Assembly: GCA_012295275.1 (NCBI GenBank)
Contig: CM022677.1
Span: 6,014,001-6,078,000 of the forward strand
From: Chrysomallon squamiferum
Taxonomy: Eukaryota > Animalia > Mollusca
Length of the DNA: 64,000 nucleotides
Direction: 5' to 3'
A program made the position numbers and the translations under genes. Below are positions 43,025-61,369 of the stretch, one piece after another (the stretch's first letter is position 1; every line of letters starts with the position of its first letter). The notes under the pieces are model-generated. The model ran no database searches. It saw nothing but the letters and a program-made list of their open reading frames with translations, and was not told where the DNA came from.

Positions 43025-43588
43025 CAGAACCCCCCAAACAATAAAACACTAGAAATAATTGTGATCATGGCCATCTAAAATGTTCTATTCATGAAAACCA
43101 ACACTATTGGATGGTTGAAACCTTTCATACAGATCAAAAATGAACATACCCTGTCTGTCTATTTGCCGCTTTATAAGGCATAACTTAATATGTGATGATG
43201 GAATAGTTTAAATAGTTTATTGTTGTTGTTATTATTATTAGTAGTAGTAGTAGAAGTAGTAACAGCAGCAGCAGCAGTAGCAGTAGTAGTATCAGCAGCA
43301 GTTGTAGTAGTAATAGTAGCAGCAGTAGTAGTAGTACAGAACTGTTACTTTTATTAACAACTGCTAACATTATTTGAACAATGTCTTGAGAGGAAACCCG
43401 CTATAAAGAGAAACTTTCAAGGATGTAACACTCGATAGTTCTCACTGGTACTGGATGTGACGTGGAAATACTTAGTGGATCCGCAGTGAACGTTCAAGTC
43501 TACACGACGATGTTTTATTGTAATTAAGCAAACTACTGAACGTCGAATAGAACATTTGGTTCTTTGTCAATTTAAAAAAATAATGATG

Positions 43589-43620
<32 letters not shown>

Positions 43621-46307
43621 CATAATAATAATAAGAAGAAGAAAACACTTAAAATATGTAGAAAATAACATGACCAAATTTTAAGCAAACAAAGTTTGAC
43701 ATTCAAAGTCTTCTCTTTTTCTTTTCTATCAAAACAAACCAGTCAAATGTAACTTTCATATCTATTACCAGGTCCTAAACCTGTTCTATACAAAGATGTA
43801 CATAAATAAATTGCTACTTTTGAATAAATAAATATATTAAAAAAAATAAAATAAAATAAAGTAATATATATATGTATAAAAATCCTAACCTAATTTGCAA
43901 AAATAATCTGAAGTGTAGGATATTTTCAAATACATTTATTGAATTAACACTGAAAGGTTAATTTTGTCAATAAATATTAAATGAAATGAAATAATGATAA
44001 ACATGCATAAAAAATCTATTGAAATTAAAAAGTATTTAAATCGAGTAAGAATTATATTTTATTTGTAAAAAAAAAATTCCTAAATCAGACTTCTTTTATC
44101 TATTCATGAATCTTAATAAGTCTTAAATCTAACTCTAAACCTACCCTCAGCCAATCCTCACTCACACTTTTTATTATTGTTGAATTTAACTCAGTGATAA
44201 TTATGTTGAATGAAGATGTCTTAGATCTCTCTCTCTCTCTCATGAATGTATTATCATTCAGTCTCATTTTGTCAAAAATATGATTCGCTGTCCTGAGATA
44301 AGACTGACATCTAGTGAAATGTCTGTAATACAGCTAAACACTGAATTTGTTAATCACTGTTCCCCTCCACTTTACCTTATGAAGTTGTCTATGACTCTAG
44401 CTTAAATTAAAAATATAAATAACAAAACTGAGAATAATTTAAGTATTTGTTTGGAAGGAGAAAACAGGATTTAAATAAACATTTAAAACTACCTATTTTA
44501 AATCTTTGAATACAATTACCTGTCATAAATAAAAAGAAAAGCCTGTATCACAAGTGTCAGCAATAAGACTTGAATCACTTTAGTTATTTTGTGTAATATG
44601 TGTAATGACTGGTTCCACATATTGTCTGTAACAGAAAGATATACAGATAGAGAGATAGATAGATAGACAGATATACAGATAAACAGACAGATAGAAAAAT
44701 AGACTAAACAATTTAAATATTATATTCTGCAACAGGAAACAACCAAATTGTTCAGTCATTTGAAATGCAAGTAAAATTCAAAATTATAGATCTCTATGCA
44801 AAGTTTTTATGGTGTTTTCTGAATATGTACACACCAAACAAATGAATAATAGTACCATTATTACAGTACTCCCTCAATTACTTATGCAAAATATGGTATA
44901 AGATGTATCTGAACTTTCAAACTAAAAGTATTTAAAACAATTTTTAAAGGTTTTAAAGTGCTGAGAGGCGCCAAGATTTCTGATTGATCCAATACAAGTG
45001 TATTAATATAATACAAAGAAAAGACATTAGGTTAGAACAAATTTAGAAATTTCTAAACAACTTGACATATAATATAATCTAATATAATATAAGCTGCAAA
45101 TTAATCATTAAGAAAAGATATTCCAAACAACGTATATTCTTCCATTTTATGTTTTATTAATATATGTTTTTATAAATCTTTACCAGTAGATACAAAAAAA
45201 TAACAATAATAATAAAGTTATCTCCTTTGAGCTATACGATTTGTAGTTTTTCAAAACAGTAAATCAAGGATTTCCATATCAGTCATTTTTTAAATAATTT
45301 CTTTTTCAGACACTTGACTGTCTGGTCCAAACATTCTGTCTGCTGGTCTATGTCTGACTGTATCTTTCATGAATGACACTTTGAAGCTGAAATCACAGTT
45401 TCACAGATTTATAAATTCTTCAGTAAGTGCAGTCCACATAACAGGTAACTGTTTTTAAAATATTACTTTTAGTGTGGAAGTTTTTAAAAGCTCTCAAATT
45501 CTTCAAGAATTCAGTTCTTCATATTTGTTGTGAAGATATTTTATCTTCTGCTGTTTCTTCTGATTAGTTTGTTCAGTATAGTGAGAAATCTTGAAGAACT
45601 TGGAGAAAAACACAAGTCACTTAGAATCAATGTCACTTCTCACATGTTTCTTTTATTCTCAAAACAAGCTTATGAAAAAGGACCCTGGAGAAAAACAAAA
45701 TTATTATTAAAATTAAAATAATATTCAGAGTTGTATAAATAATATTATAGAATTTAACCACGTACAATGAAGGCTGATATAATTCAAATGGGATGGGTTG
45801 TCACTTAATTATTTTTTACTTACTGTTAAAAAGCCTTTATTCCATGGACAAAATCAGTTTAATTTAGCATTGCATTTCATTTCATTTCGTTTATTTAATT
45901 GTGAATCATTTCACACATTACTTTTTATTTCATTTTATTCCATTCATTTTATTAGATTTTATCATTATTTCATTTCTTTTATTTCAGTTCAGTTCAGTTT
46001 GTTCAGTTCAGTTGAATTATTGTACTGTATTGTGTTGTGTTGTTGTGTATTGTACTTCACAGTATTTCATTTCATTTATTTTATTTTATTGTATTGCACT
46101 GTATCTCACTGCATTTCATTTCAATGTATATCACTTCATTTTATTGATTTCACTGTATTTTATTTGATTTAATTAAATTCAATGTATATGTATGTCTTAG
46201 GAGGTTTGTGTATGTGCATGTTTCATGTGCGTGAATATTTGCATGTGCATGTGAATCTTTGCATGTACACTAGTTGATGTGTTTGTGATATATTAATATT
46301 CATATAT

Positions 46308-48850
46308 CTCTACAAATAATTTTGTCGGTTTCCCATTTATAACTGTCCATACAGGTACATGTGTAGCCTCCATCTTAGTAGTTACAGTTCTGAGTAGAAA
46401 TATTTTTGAATTACATTCATTTATATCTGAAAGAGAGAAACAGATAAATTATATCTCAATCATTAACAACCATTAAACTTTTGACAGGTTTCTGAAATTA
46501 CTCAAATATCTTTTACCCACACATTATTTATAAGAAATATATTAACCGAAACTTAAAATTCATAGATTCTGAGAGGTTTTGAGCATTTCTAAAATTGATC
46601 AAGTTTAAGTTACACATATATTATTAATAAAAATAAAAATTATTCATAAATTCTGACAAGTTTCTGAAACGGTATTAACTTCTTTGAAATTTTTCTTAAT
46701 TCCAGAACTGAGAATTTTAACTTAACTATTTGAACAGCACAAAAACTTCCAATGCATACATAAGCTGCAAACTGATTGCTGAATATGTAAAGAGCATGAC
46801 ATTATAAATAATAAAAATCAAAAAAATCTGATAATGGCCATTCAGATTCAAAGAGATAACTCTTAAACTCGAAATATGAATAAACTAAGAATGCTTGAAG
46901 TGAACAATTTAACCTCATTTTTATAACTTTATTTTGTCATAACTAAAATAATTTATAATTTTATTACATTCTGACACAAATGAAAATAAAATAGTTTATA
47001 ATTTTATCAAATGTTGTCACATTTAAATAAAAAATTATTATTATTATTTTTTTTTTTTCATTTTGTTAAAAACTAATGTGACTTAACCTGCAAAAAATAA
47101 AGTTAGTACAAGGTTTGTTTTGGTTTCTTTTTTGTTGTTTTTAAAAATGTTAATTTCTTAGTCACTGAAAGTTGATTTTATGATTTACAGTGTTAAATAA
47201 ACATTCTCTTAATTTTGAATAAAAAATTATTAACAAGTATAAAATGATATTTTTATTATTTTATTTGTTTATTACATTTTAATGCAGATAAAGTTAATGT
47301 TGTGACTGAGGTATTAATTAACTCATTTCTGTGTAATTTTTCAGACTAAAACATCCATTCTGATTTCTTTGGTAATTAAAATCACAGAACGATGTACAAA
47401 ATTCATCAATCATTTGTATCATTTAACTATTTTTTAAGTAAAAAGTAATAATTTTTGGGAATATCACTATTTATAAAGTAATAAGCAATCGTTTTGAGCA
47501 TATAACTATTTATTAAATACAAATAACTTTGTAACATTTGTAAATGATTTGTAACATAGCTATTTATTAAATAATAAGAAATCATTTGTAACATATAACT
47601 CTTTATGAAATAAAATGTTATAATTTCAACTTGTTATCAAATTTTTAATATTGAGTAAATTAACTTTTTATTAAATATATCCTACTCACCTGCACTTTCA
47701 TCTGACAAGTTGTGATACCTCAAATGATAGGAGACTGGCAGGCTTTTGCAGTTGCTGTTTGCTTGACATGAAACTGTTGAAACACTACATTCATCTCTGT
47801 TGTTTTCACATCACACACCACCCAGCCAGCATTACACTGACAATGGTCTGAGAGGAAAAATAAAATTTAAATTTAAAATAAATAAATTAAATTAAAATCA
47901 AACTTTAGTGTAAGTATTTTTTTATAAAACAAAATTTAAAAAATTATATTAAATGTATAATCTAAATAAGATCAGAAATTTCTAATTTTACAGAATAAAT
48001 TGCTTCAAATTTCAAAATATAATTATATTTTTAAAATATTTAAAAATTAATTTTTATATTATTGTATCTTGTAATGATAAATTCTGCTTACTAACACATG
48101 TTTGATCATTCTCAAGTTTCTTCCCAGCCAGACAGGAACAAGTGAATCCTCTGATTCTGTTAGTACAAGTATCAGTATACTTAGTAATACTGGCTTCAAC
48201 TGATGTACACTCAGTTAGATCTAAATACTACTATTACTACTAATAATACTAATAAAGTAAAAAGCTTATTTCAATATTTGTCAAACCAAGGACTCTTTCA
48301 CCTGAGACAAGACTTGCACTTTTTGCTACAGTTCAAAGAAAAAAAATGCTAACCTTTCTTATACTTTTAGTAGTAACCATAGTGACATAAACTGCATTCA
48401 GCTTTATGACAAATCGGTTCCCAAGTCAAACCCTGACTTCTACATTCTCAGTCTGAAACAAAAGTAATTTATTATTTTAAAGACTTTTGGGGGTTTCTTT
48501 TTTCTTCATTTTTTCAAATCAGTTTTATGTTTACCTCAAGTAAATATTAACATAAAATGCATTTAAAACAGCATCAGTTCAAAAATGATAATGACCTTTT
48601 TTATCATTTTAAAAATTATAGAAGTAATTAATGATAGATATAAACTGCTGTCTAATTGTTCACTTAAACATACCTAATTAATAGTGATAAAATTAAAATA
48701 ATATTAATATTAAAACATTCTCAGGAGGCATTAAGTAATTTATAAAATCTGGTAGTAATCTGAATTACTTGACATTATACCCAGCATCTGTTTACAAACA
48801 TGTTGAGCACATCTGAGTCTGTACAAATTTATCTTAACTGCCAGGACTGA
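46308..48850 (-). pseudogene. Decayed multi-exon calcium-binding EGF repeat gene (fibrillin/mucin-like)
   Basis: Phase 1-1 exons. 48092-48220: DLTECTSVEASITKYTDTCTNRIRGFTCSCLAGKKLENDQTCV (open, AG/GT intact). 47690-47847: CQCNAGW..CENNRDECSVSTVSCQANSNC (frameshift). 46308-46426: DINECNS..TQNCNY*DGGYTCTCMDSY..C (stop, frameshift, donor lost). 48356-48452: D*EC..C..C..CHYGYY*. Confidence 0.8.
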
Positions 48851-50174
48851 AAAAGTGAATGTTCTTCACTGAACGCATGGTCAAGCGGTCATTCTTGGCC
48901 TTTTTTCTGGTCAGCAGAAGGCTTGTTTATCTCTGAGAATAAATTGCGACCAAAGTTCCGTTTCGGCGACTGGGATGGTGAAAGTTAATTTGCCAACATC
49001 GGTTTATAAACACTAACTTTCTAGACCGGATAGGCATGGAGTTATCTGTAGTCTTGATAAACAAAACCGTGAATCTCGCTGACCCAGTATCGTAAAACTG
49101 ATCGTGACCGTTCGGTTCATCTCGGCCGAATAGACGGAGACAATCGAGTCTTCTGTATATATATACAACAGAATCCGTTCTCCTCACAAAAAAGGCCTGG
49201 TAGCAAAAAATAATAATAATTAAAATAAATAAATAAATAAAATAAAAGGCAATCATATATCTGTTTCATTTAAACTTAATTTTTAACCCTGCGAAAGTGT
49301 TTTGTTTTGTGGTGATGGTTTCGGGGGTGGGGGATGCTTGTTTTTTAAGAATAGATATAACTGCTTTTTATCCCGTTTTTTGTTTTCTGTTTTGTTTTTT
49401 GTGTTTTGTTTTTAATTTATTTTAATTTATTTTATTAATTTATTTTATTTATTTTTTAAAAGTAATTATCGCAATTATTTATTTATTTATTTATATTAAC
49501 AATATTTATAATTATTATGTTTATTTTTCTTAATTTCATTTTTAGCTCAGAAATGAATACATTATAATTGTCCTAATTTGTAAAATCTGAGTTTATTAAT
49601 AATTGTAAATACATACTTGAGATAATCTGACACAGAATTACTTCTTCAAGCACCACAAGCTATACTGTGGCTGCGACAACAGACAGGAAATTACAAGCTG
49701 GTCTCAAACTAGAATTAATATCTACAAATTTTGTAATAATTTTTGTAAGAATAAACAAATTAATTACTTCTTAAATACTAAATAAAATTAGGTTGAGGCC
49801 AGACCAGTCTCGATAAACCATGATGTTTCGAACATACACGGATTCGAATGTATGCTACGCTTTTCAAACCAGTATGAACTAACGCTTGACAGCCAGTTTA
49901 TTTTTTATTTATAATTCGATAACGTTTTACTTGTTGATTATTCAATTTAATTGACTGGTGGAAATATTTCACGAGAATCCAAATGTATTCTGATGTTTTA
50001 TGTTTGTGCGAATCCAAGCGTGAATCGGATTCGGAGATATACGCACATTTTCAGCCATGGAACGAGGTAAACATGATGTAATTTGTCATTGTATGTGTGA
50101 GAGAACAGAAACTGAGAGAGAGGTATTCACTATATTAGTATATACAGTAATATATTATACACTATAATCGTATT

Positions 50175-50247
<73 letters not shown>

Positions 50248-50427
50248 TGTGTGTGTGTGTGTTGGCCATTTTATATGTAAATAAATGTATTAATAAACTG
50301 AGAAAAATGCATTTATTTGATAAATGTAGATTGATAACAAAAAATATCATGTTCTTACAAAAAATAATAAGTAATATATTTACTGTTGCTGTTGCTATTT
50401 TACGTAGGTCACTGCATTATTATTCAG

Positions 50428-52060
50428 GTCTGTCAAAAAAGGGAATTTACATCATGGAGAAGGATGAATCACCTGTTACAGAAATAATTCTTATGCACCC
50501 TGCACCATTCTGAGATGTGAGGTTTTTTTAAATTTTATTTTTGTGTCTTAGAGAATAAAATAAGTTTTGTAGAAACTCTTTATTGATTATGAAATAGTGT
50601 AATAATAATCACTTATGTGCTATTGTTTTGTTAATTATTTTATTATTATCACTATAATGATTATTCATTACTCAATAAAATTATTTATTAATAACAAAGT
50701 ACATTAAAAATATCCCACAGCCCATTGTGGATGAATAATCCAGTAACTGATACCAGTACAATTTATGTTTTAATTAGTTAATAATAACAGAAATATTTGC
50801 TATTTATTTATAATTTTAATTTATTTATTTATTTTGTTTTCTTCAGTATGCACATTTAGCTCCAACTGATGTGCTGATGGTGGCATATGTCAGTGAAGTT
50901 GTTTCAGTAGAATGTGCTGTCCAAACCATCAGGTATACTGTCTTATTTATACTTATACTTATTTATTTATTTTTAACTTTTTTGTTATATTGTTAATTAA
51001 AAAAAAAAAAAAAAAAAAAAAAATCTTCCTTGACTAAAATGAGTTTGTCTGTGTTAAAGTTTATTTAGTTTCTTTATTTTATAATTTGGACAATATATGG
51101 TAAATATTCAGTTTTAGTGTATATACTGAATTATGTTTTTACCTAAGTAAAATGTTATTATTTAAATGGATGGTTTCAGACTTTAAAAGATCCATATATA
51201 AATTATAATGGTATGCTACCAATAAAGAAAGTATTTAAAAACATTCATCCTTCTGCTTTGACTATTAACAAATAGCTGAAAAGAAGGAGAATATTTATAG
51301 TTACACATGTAAAGGTATGAATGTATGAGAGAAAGAGAGAGAGGATGAAGGAATGGAGAGTCAGACAGAGAGGGAGAATGATAATGATGTGTGGGGTGCA
51401 TATTTTGTATAATTTACATCAGACTTTAAATTCAGCATTTTGAACAAGCAATTTTAAATCTTTCAGAGTAATTACAACTTTTAACACAGCCAGTGAACTT
51501 CCATCAGGCACTGAGAACACAATTATTTTCTGGTTAAATAAAGTTTGTACTGCTGCATCACAAAAGAAAAAATCTGGGCAGGTGAATTTGAGTTTGATTT
51601 CTTATATATTTCTTATTATTATAAATCTAATGAAATTTAATTTAATTTAATATATGAAGTTACAGTTTGTAAATAATATATTTATAAGTACATTGCACAT
51701 ACACATACACACACTCACATACACACACACAAACAATGACATGCATATACATACACATTATATTAGTATCTTGCAGCACACTACACTTTATACCATGTAC
51801 ATTTGTCTCATCTACCCCCAACACACAGATATACTTACATTCATATAAATGTAATTATTGTGTGGTAAATTTCAATATTTATAAAAAGAAAAAAGAAAGA
51901 CGCATCATACTTTATGAGTATTTTAAAATGTTTAGTGTTCCAGTTACCAGATTGAAACTGCCAGCCCTTCAGACAGTGTGACTGTTCCTATGATGACAGA
52001 CATACTAAAAGATGTAGGAGATGGACATGCTGCAGCTGTTTGAAGTGTCTAGTTTTCATG
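50428..52060 (+). pseudogene. Isolated degenerate exon-like islands (~50428-50521, 50847-50932, 51467-51581, 51936-52059)
   Basis: Each is bounded by polypyrimidine-AG and GT. Translations contain stops (GLSKKGIYIMEKDESPVTEIILMHPAPF*, CTFSSN*CADGGICQ*SC). Confidence 0.35.
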
Positions 52061-54477
52061 GTTTGTTAAATAACACATTTTTTTATAAATAAAATAATAA
52101 ATCACATAACAACTTTAAAATTAGCATAAAGTAAATTTATGACTCTTAGTATCTAGTTAAGAGAGGAGTGGGGGTTACTGGGGGTATTTTTAATTTTATA
52201 TTTTGATCTCTCTCTCTGTCTGTCTGTCTGTCAGTTGTTACATCCTTATGATCCTTCTTAACCTGTTTTACTGTATTATTTATTATTAAATATTAATTGC
52301 CTCATCATTTTATGTTTTCTTCAGATATAAGTTTGAAAGATGGGTTAGGAATAGCTAATTCTTTATATAACCATCTAAACATTCTGGGAACGGCATCTTC
52401 CCATCAACTTTTTCCATTTCACCTATGAGGATCTCCTGTACACACGAGAAAGTGTACAAACCTCTTAGCCTTTCTCACATAGCTGTTCTTTGCAATACTA
52501 AGAATAAGAAAAGCAGATTAGAGCAAGAAGAGTCTGTAATAATAAGTAAAGTAACTGTAGTATAAAAATAGCTTGATGACTTAGCATTTTTTTCATACTT
52601 CCATTAGCATTTTTTCATTTCTTTTTAGCTTATATTTGTACTAGAGGTTTTGTTTTGAACTTGCCAGAATACAGTCTGCTTTATTTTGTTTTCATTTGAA
52701 AGTTTAAAAATTAATTGGTGAAAAATCTGGTGACACAACATTTATGAATGTTGTATTTTGGAAAAACAGATTTTAAATAGTTTTTGAATAAATGGCTGTT
52801 TATTTTTATTATTATTTGTTATTCTTATTACCTCATTTAAAAGTGTATACCTGTCCAAGCAAATAATTAGTTTTTAATTGTGTTCATGACAGTCACTTGC
52901 TTTTCAAAAGAAAAGTGAATTTTCTAAATTATAATATACTCTAACGAAAAAGAAACGCAAAAGTAGATTTTATTGACATTGGGAATATCTGTCTAATGGA
53001 TCAACAGAAAGCTGCAGAATGTTCACATTTTACACACACTTTCACAATTTATTAATATTGATGGTATTACATTGAAAAGGTTAAAGTTCAAGCTTTAAAA
53101 AACACACTAAAAAAAAAACCCTACAACATGCCTATCCATACGTCTTCTACAAAACTTTAAAAATATTTTGTAAAGACCAGAATAGTATAACTTTAAAACC
53201 TAGCTGCTGCCTTAATGGAATCTCAGCAATTTATATTCGAGAATTAATGACATAAATATCATATTTAGTTTCTAGGAGCGTAGTTTTCTGAAGATAATTT
53301 GAAAACGCTGGACAGCATTTACTTTTTAATTTACTACCAGCAGTTTACACGAATAAATTGAGACAATGAGCGAAAATTACCTTAATCGTATAATAACTGT
53401 AGTGCTGTTTAACACTGATATTTTTACATATTTTTATTTATGAAAAAATAAAATAAAATCATGTTTAATAGGAGCGCAGTTAATATGACAGAATGTAGAA
53501 TCAGTGTAAATCAAGAATTATAGAACAGGTTAAGTGATAAACATTTTTTGAACTTTGATAACAACTAAGGAATTGTGTGAGTATATGTGTGTTATTATGA
53601 TTATTATTTTTTTTTTTCATAATTTATTGATTATATTACAGAAAAATACGAGTATCTCTGGATAATGTATTAAGACTGCAGGTGGAGAGAAGGCTTTTAG
53701 AGTCACAACGGTTATACTGACAAATTGAGAATTACATTTCTACAGATATCTGAAGAAAGACTGCGCGTCGGAATTTACGTGGTATTCACTGTCAGTATTT
53801 TTATTATTAACATAACATGTTTATATGATTAAACTGAGGTTTATCTGTATTATGATTATTATTATTATTATTATTATTATTAAAAATGTTGAATGAGTAC
53901 TGAGGTGTGTTTGTTGTTTGTTTTCAGATTTTTTTGATTTTAAAAACAAAACAAAATAAAATAAAATAAAATAAATAAAATAAAGAAGAAGTCCTTAATC
54001 CGGATGAGCTAGCTATATTTTCTAAATATAGAAATCTGTTTTGTAGTACAGCAAACATATTATTATGTTAACATTTCAGATAAAATAGTTCTGACGGAAA
54101 TAAATTACATCACGGAGTACAAATAAAGAAAATGTCAGATGTTTTATTTTTGTTTATTTCTTTTTTAAATCAATCTTAGTTTAACTGTTTAATTGCTAGT
54201 ATTAGAAAATAATGCACACATTTGTTTTTCTTTCTTTTCTAATTTTGGTTTTTAATTATTTTTTTTCTTGCTGAGCACAGTTTATAAAAATATATTGAAA
54301 CTTTTTTAAAAGCTTACGGCAAAAGATAATTTATTTTATTTTATTATAAATGATATTAACAGGATGAAATACCTTTTCTGAAGACTGATAAAAAAGAAAT
54401 ATATATTATTTTTATGTGTAAGGGTCGTATGTAATTTAATAACGTCAAGATATTAAACTTTGAGTATTTTTAATTGT

Positions 54478-54514
<37 letters not shown>

Positions 54515-55399
54515 AACATTATTATAGCTGAAACTCAATTTATTCATTTACACAACAGTACTGACATTAATATATTTTATTCTCAACTTGTTAATGTAAC
54601 CGTTCTGACTCTAGAAGACTGTAATTATAAATAATAAACTGTGATAGATAATAAAATGTATATCCCCTTTCTCTGTCATGTAGACTTTTCTTTTTACAAT
54701 ATTTGTTAATTAAAGAACAAAGCACCACTTGATATTACGCTGCACATTTAATTATCACTCTAATATGCTGTGTAAACCACATTAATTTCTAGCGATCAAG
54801 CATTTCACTTTATAAAGGTTTATGTTGATTCATACCATCAGCCTATAATTAATCTTCACTTTTTGTCTAAAAGTCTAATTTTCTATTAACTTGGATGTCA
54901 CATTAGTTACTAGTTAAAAATCACTCGATAATAAATTTGTCACATAAACAGTGGTGGTGATTTTATCAGAAGGCGTTTTTACAGGAAAATGTGAGAATTA
55001 ATTACAGGTTAACGATTGTAACAATTGAATACAGCAAATGGATCTTTCTGTTTGTCTGGTATATTATGTGACGCTGCACGTAAAAAGAAAATATCTCATA
55101 ATTCGTTTTTATCAAACTCAATTTAAATCATTTTTCAATGAAAGATTTATTTGGTATAATTGTTATTTTCCGGCTGCCAAAACTGTCGCATATTATGAAA
55201 TCTAAAATAATATTATGATGCTTGTGTTAGTGTCATTTTTACATCATCTTCGTCTCAGAATTTTGTTTATACACGGTAGAATTTTTTGATAGTGTAAAAC
55301 TAATGACGTAAGGTAATTCTAATGCCAATACCCCAGAACCTTAATTATTACGCAAATGCTTATTTTGCACCTTATCGTAACACTGATAATCAACTTTAA

Positions 55400-55810
55400 A
55401 TAAACATCACCTTAACCCTTATCCTCACCCTAAATTAACCCTAACCCTAAACCCGACTCTATCCCTAACACTAATACTAATTCTGATGATAAAACTGTTT
55501 TGCAGATTATCGTAAGACTCATAATAACTTTGAATAATCCTAAAACTAACACTAACCATAATCCTAACCCTAATCCTCAACCTAAAGCTAACCATAGCCG
55601 AACTTCCAAACCTAATCTTACTAAGGTCCCGATCCTTGATTCTTACGCTAACGCTACTTCTAAAATTATTTTCCACATTATCATAACCCTGATAACAAAA
55701 TTTACATAACCCGAGCCCGAACCCTAACCTAAAGCCCTAACTCTGACGCTATAGAAGTGCGTAACCTTAATTCTTATGCAAAGTCTATTTCTAACCCTGA
55801 CCTTAAAACT
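55400..55810. repeat. Degenerate (CCTAAC/CCCTAA)n telomere-like tract
   Basis: Imperfect 6-bp periodicity (aaccctaaccctaaacccg...). Shorter similar tracts at ~17860, 19680, 34490 and 44130. Confidence 0.7.
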
Positions 55811-56334
55811 ATTATTAACATTATTTTATACATTTGACTTTTTAGTCATTTGACCTACTTAAATATTGTAGGTTTGTTTTTTCTTGCAGGTTGGAGCAAA
55901 CTTTGAGAAAAGAACATCGAGAAGAAATGTTTTAATTATTTTTTTATTATGGTCTTTTTTCTTAACTTGTTTATACATTTTGCCTGTGTGGAGTCTAAGA
56001 AAACAGATAACGTGATTCAGTACTTTTATTATTTTTCGCAGTGCTGTTACTTTTTATTTAGAAATATAATAAAATAAATATTAATATTTTTCCTTGAACT
56101 GCCACCACTATTACTTCTGCTCCTGTAACTGTTTTTATTATTTATTTATTTATTTATTTATTATTTATTTGTTAACTTGTTTATTTGTGTATTTGTTTAT
56201 TTGCTTATTTTTTTATTTGTTGTTTATTAATATGTTTATTTATTTATTCTTAATTTTTATTTTTATTTTTTTTCATTTGTTTACTTATTTATCTTTTCTA
56301 TGCGGGAGTGTAAATGTTTTATTTATTAAAAACT

Positions 56335-60510
<4,176 letters not shown>

Positions 60511-61369
60511 TTTTTAATAATATAGTTATTTGATTTAACCTGAAAATTCAAAACAAGACAAACAAACATAGATATACACGCTACAGGGAAATAACGAGCT
60601 ACCGAACACACACACACACACTGGGGTATTTGTGGTTGGTTTAAAACAAGAAAAAGAAAGAAAAACAACATTATTATCCAAACAAACAAACAAAAAACAA
60701 CAACACAGGGCACCAGCTAACAGTCGACATCCGAATAAATCGTAATTTATAACTTACAATGAAAAAACAGCAGCAACTACAACATAAACTAGTTGTGGAT
60801 AAATCGTTTGAACAGCTAGATCTTTTAATAAAATATTTAAAACAGAAGATCAACGCAGATCCAGTGGGGTGTATAACGATGTACACTTAGGTACTTCACT
60901 GCCTGTTTGCCTATCTGCACGAACAAGCGCGCATGAACACACACACACACAGATATAACTTTTATTTTAATTTTTGTTATTATTTATTATTATTATTATT
61001 ATTTTAATTTGTTTTGAATAATTTTTTGTATATATAATTACAACACGCAGAAAAATGGCGACAAACAAGATTAGAAATCGCGATTTGTGCGATCCCCCTG
61101 TAATCTGCCTCGCGCCATTTTGGCGACATTTCTGGTTTACACTAACATGGCTTTTTTAGATTTAAAAACATTAAACTTATAAATGCTTGGTTTAGGTTGA
61201 CAGAAAACGGTTCCTTTTATTCTTCAAAAACTGCTTGTAAATATATAATGCAAATCATCTCCGATGTCATACTCTCTTTTCTAATGCATATTTTTCCATC
61301 ATTCAGTAATAGTCTGTATATACTAGTTTTGATAGCTTAGACTGCTTTCCCGTGATCATTCGATACCAG

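Larger units (their letters stand above)
28301..46093. repeat. Direct segmental duplication, ~8.1 kb arms (28301-36443 and 37898-46093), period ~9.6 kb
   Basis: Paired ORFs 28311/37907, 29984/39582, 31967/41673, 35870/45530. Differences are mostly microsatellite lengths; ~250 bp at 40675-40930 is missing from the first arm. Confidence 0.95.

Noticed and set aside
48927-49256. 109-aa minus-strand ORF in a CpG-richer block
   Set aside because: Starts in AT-rich simple sequence; no recognisable motif or donor site.
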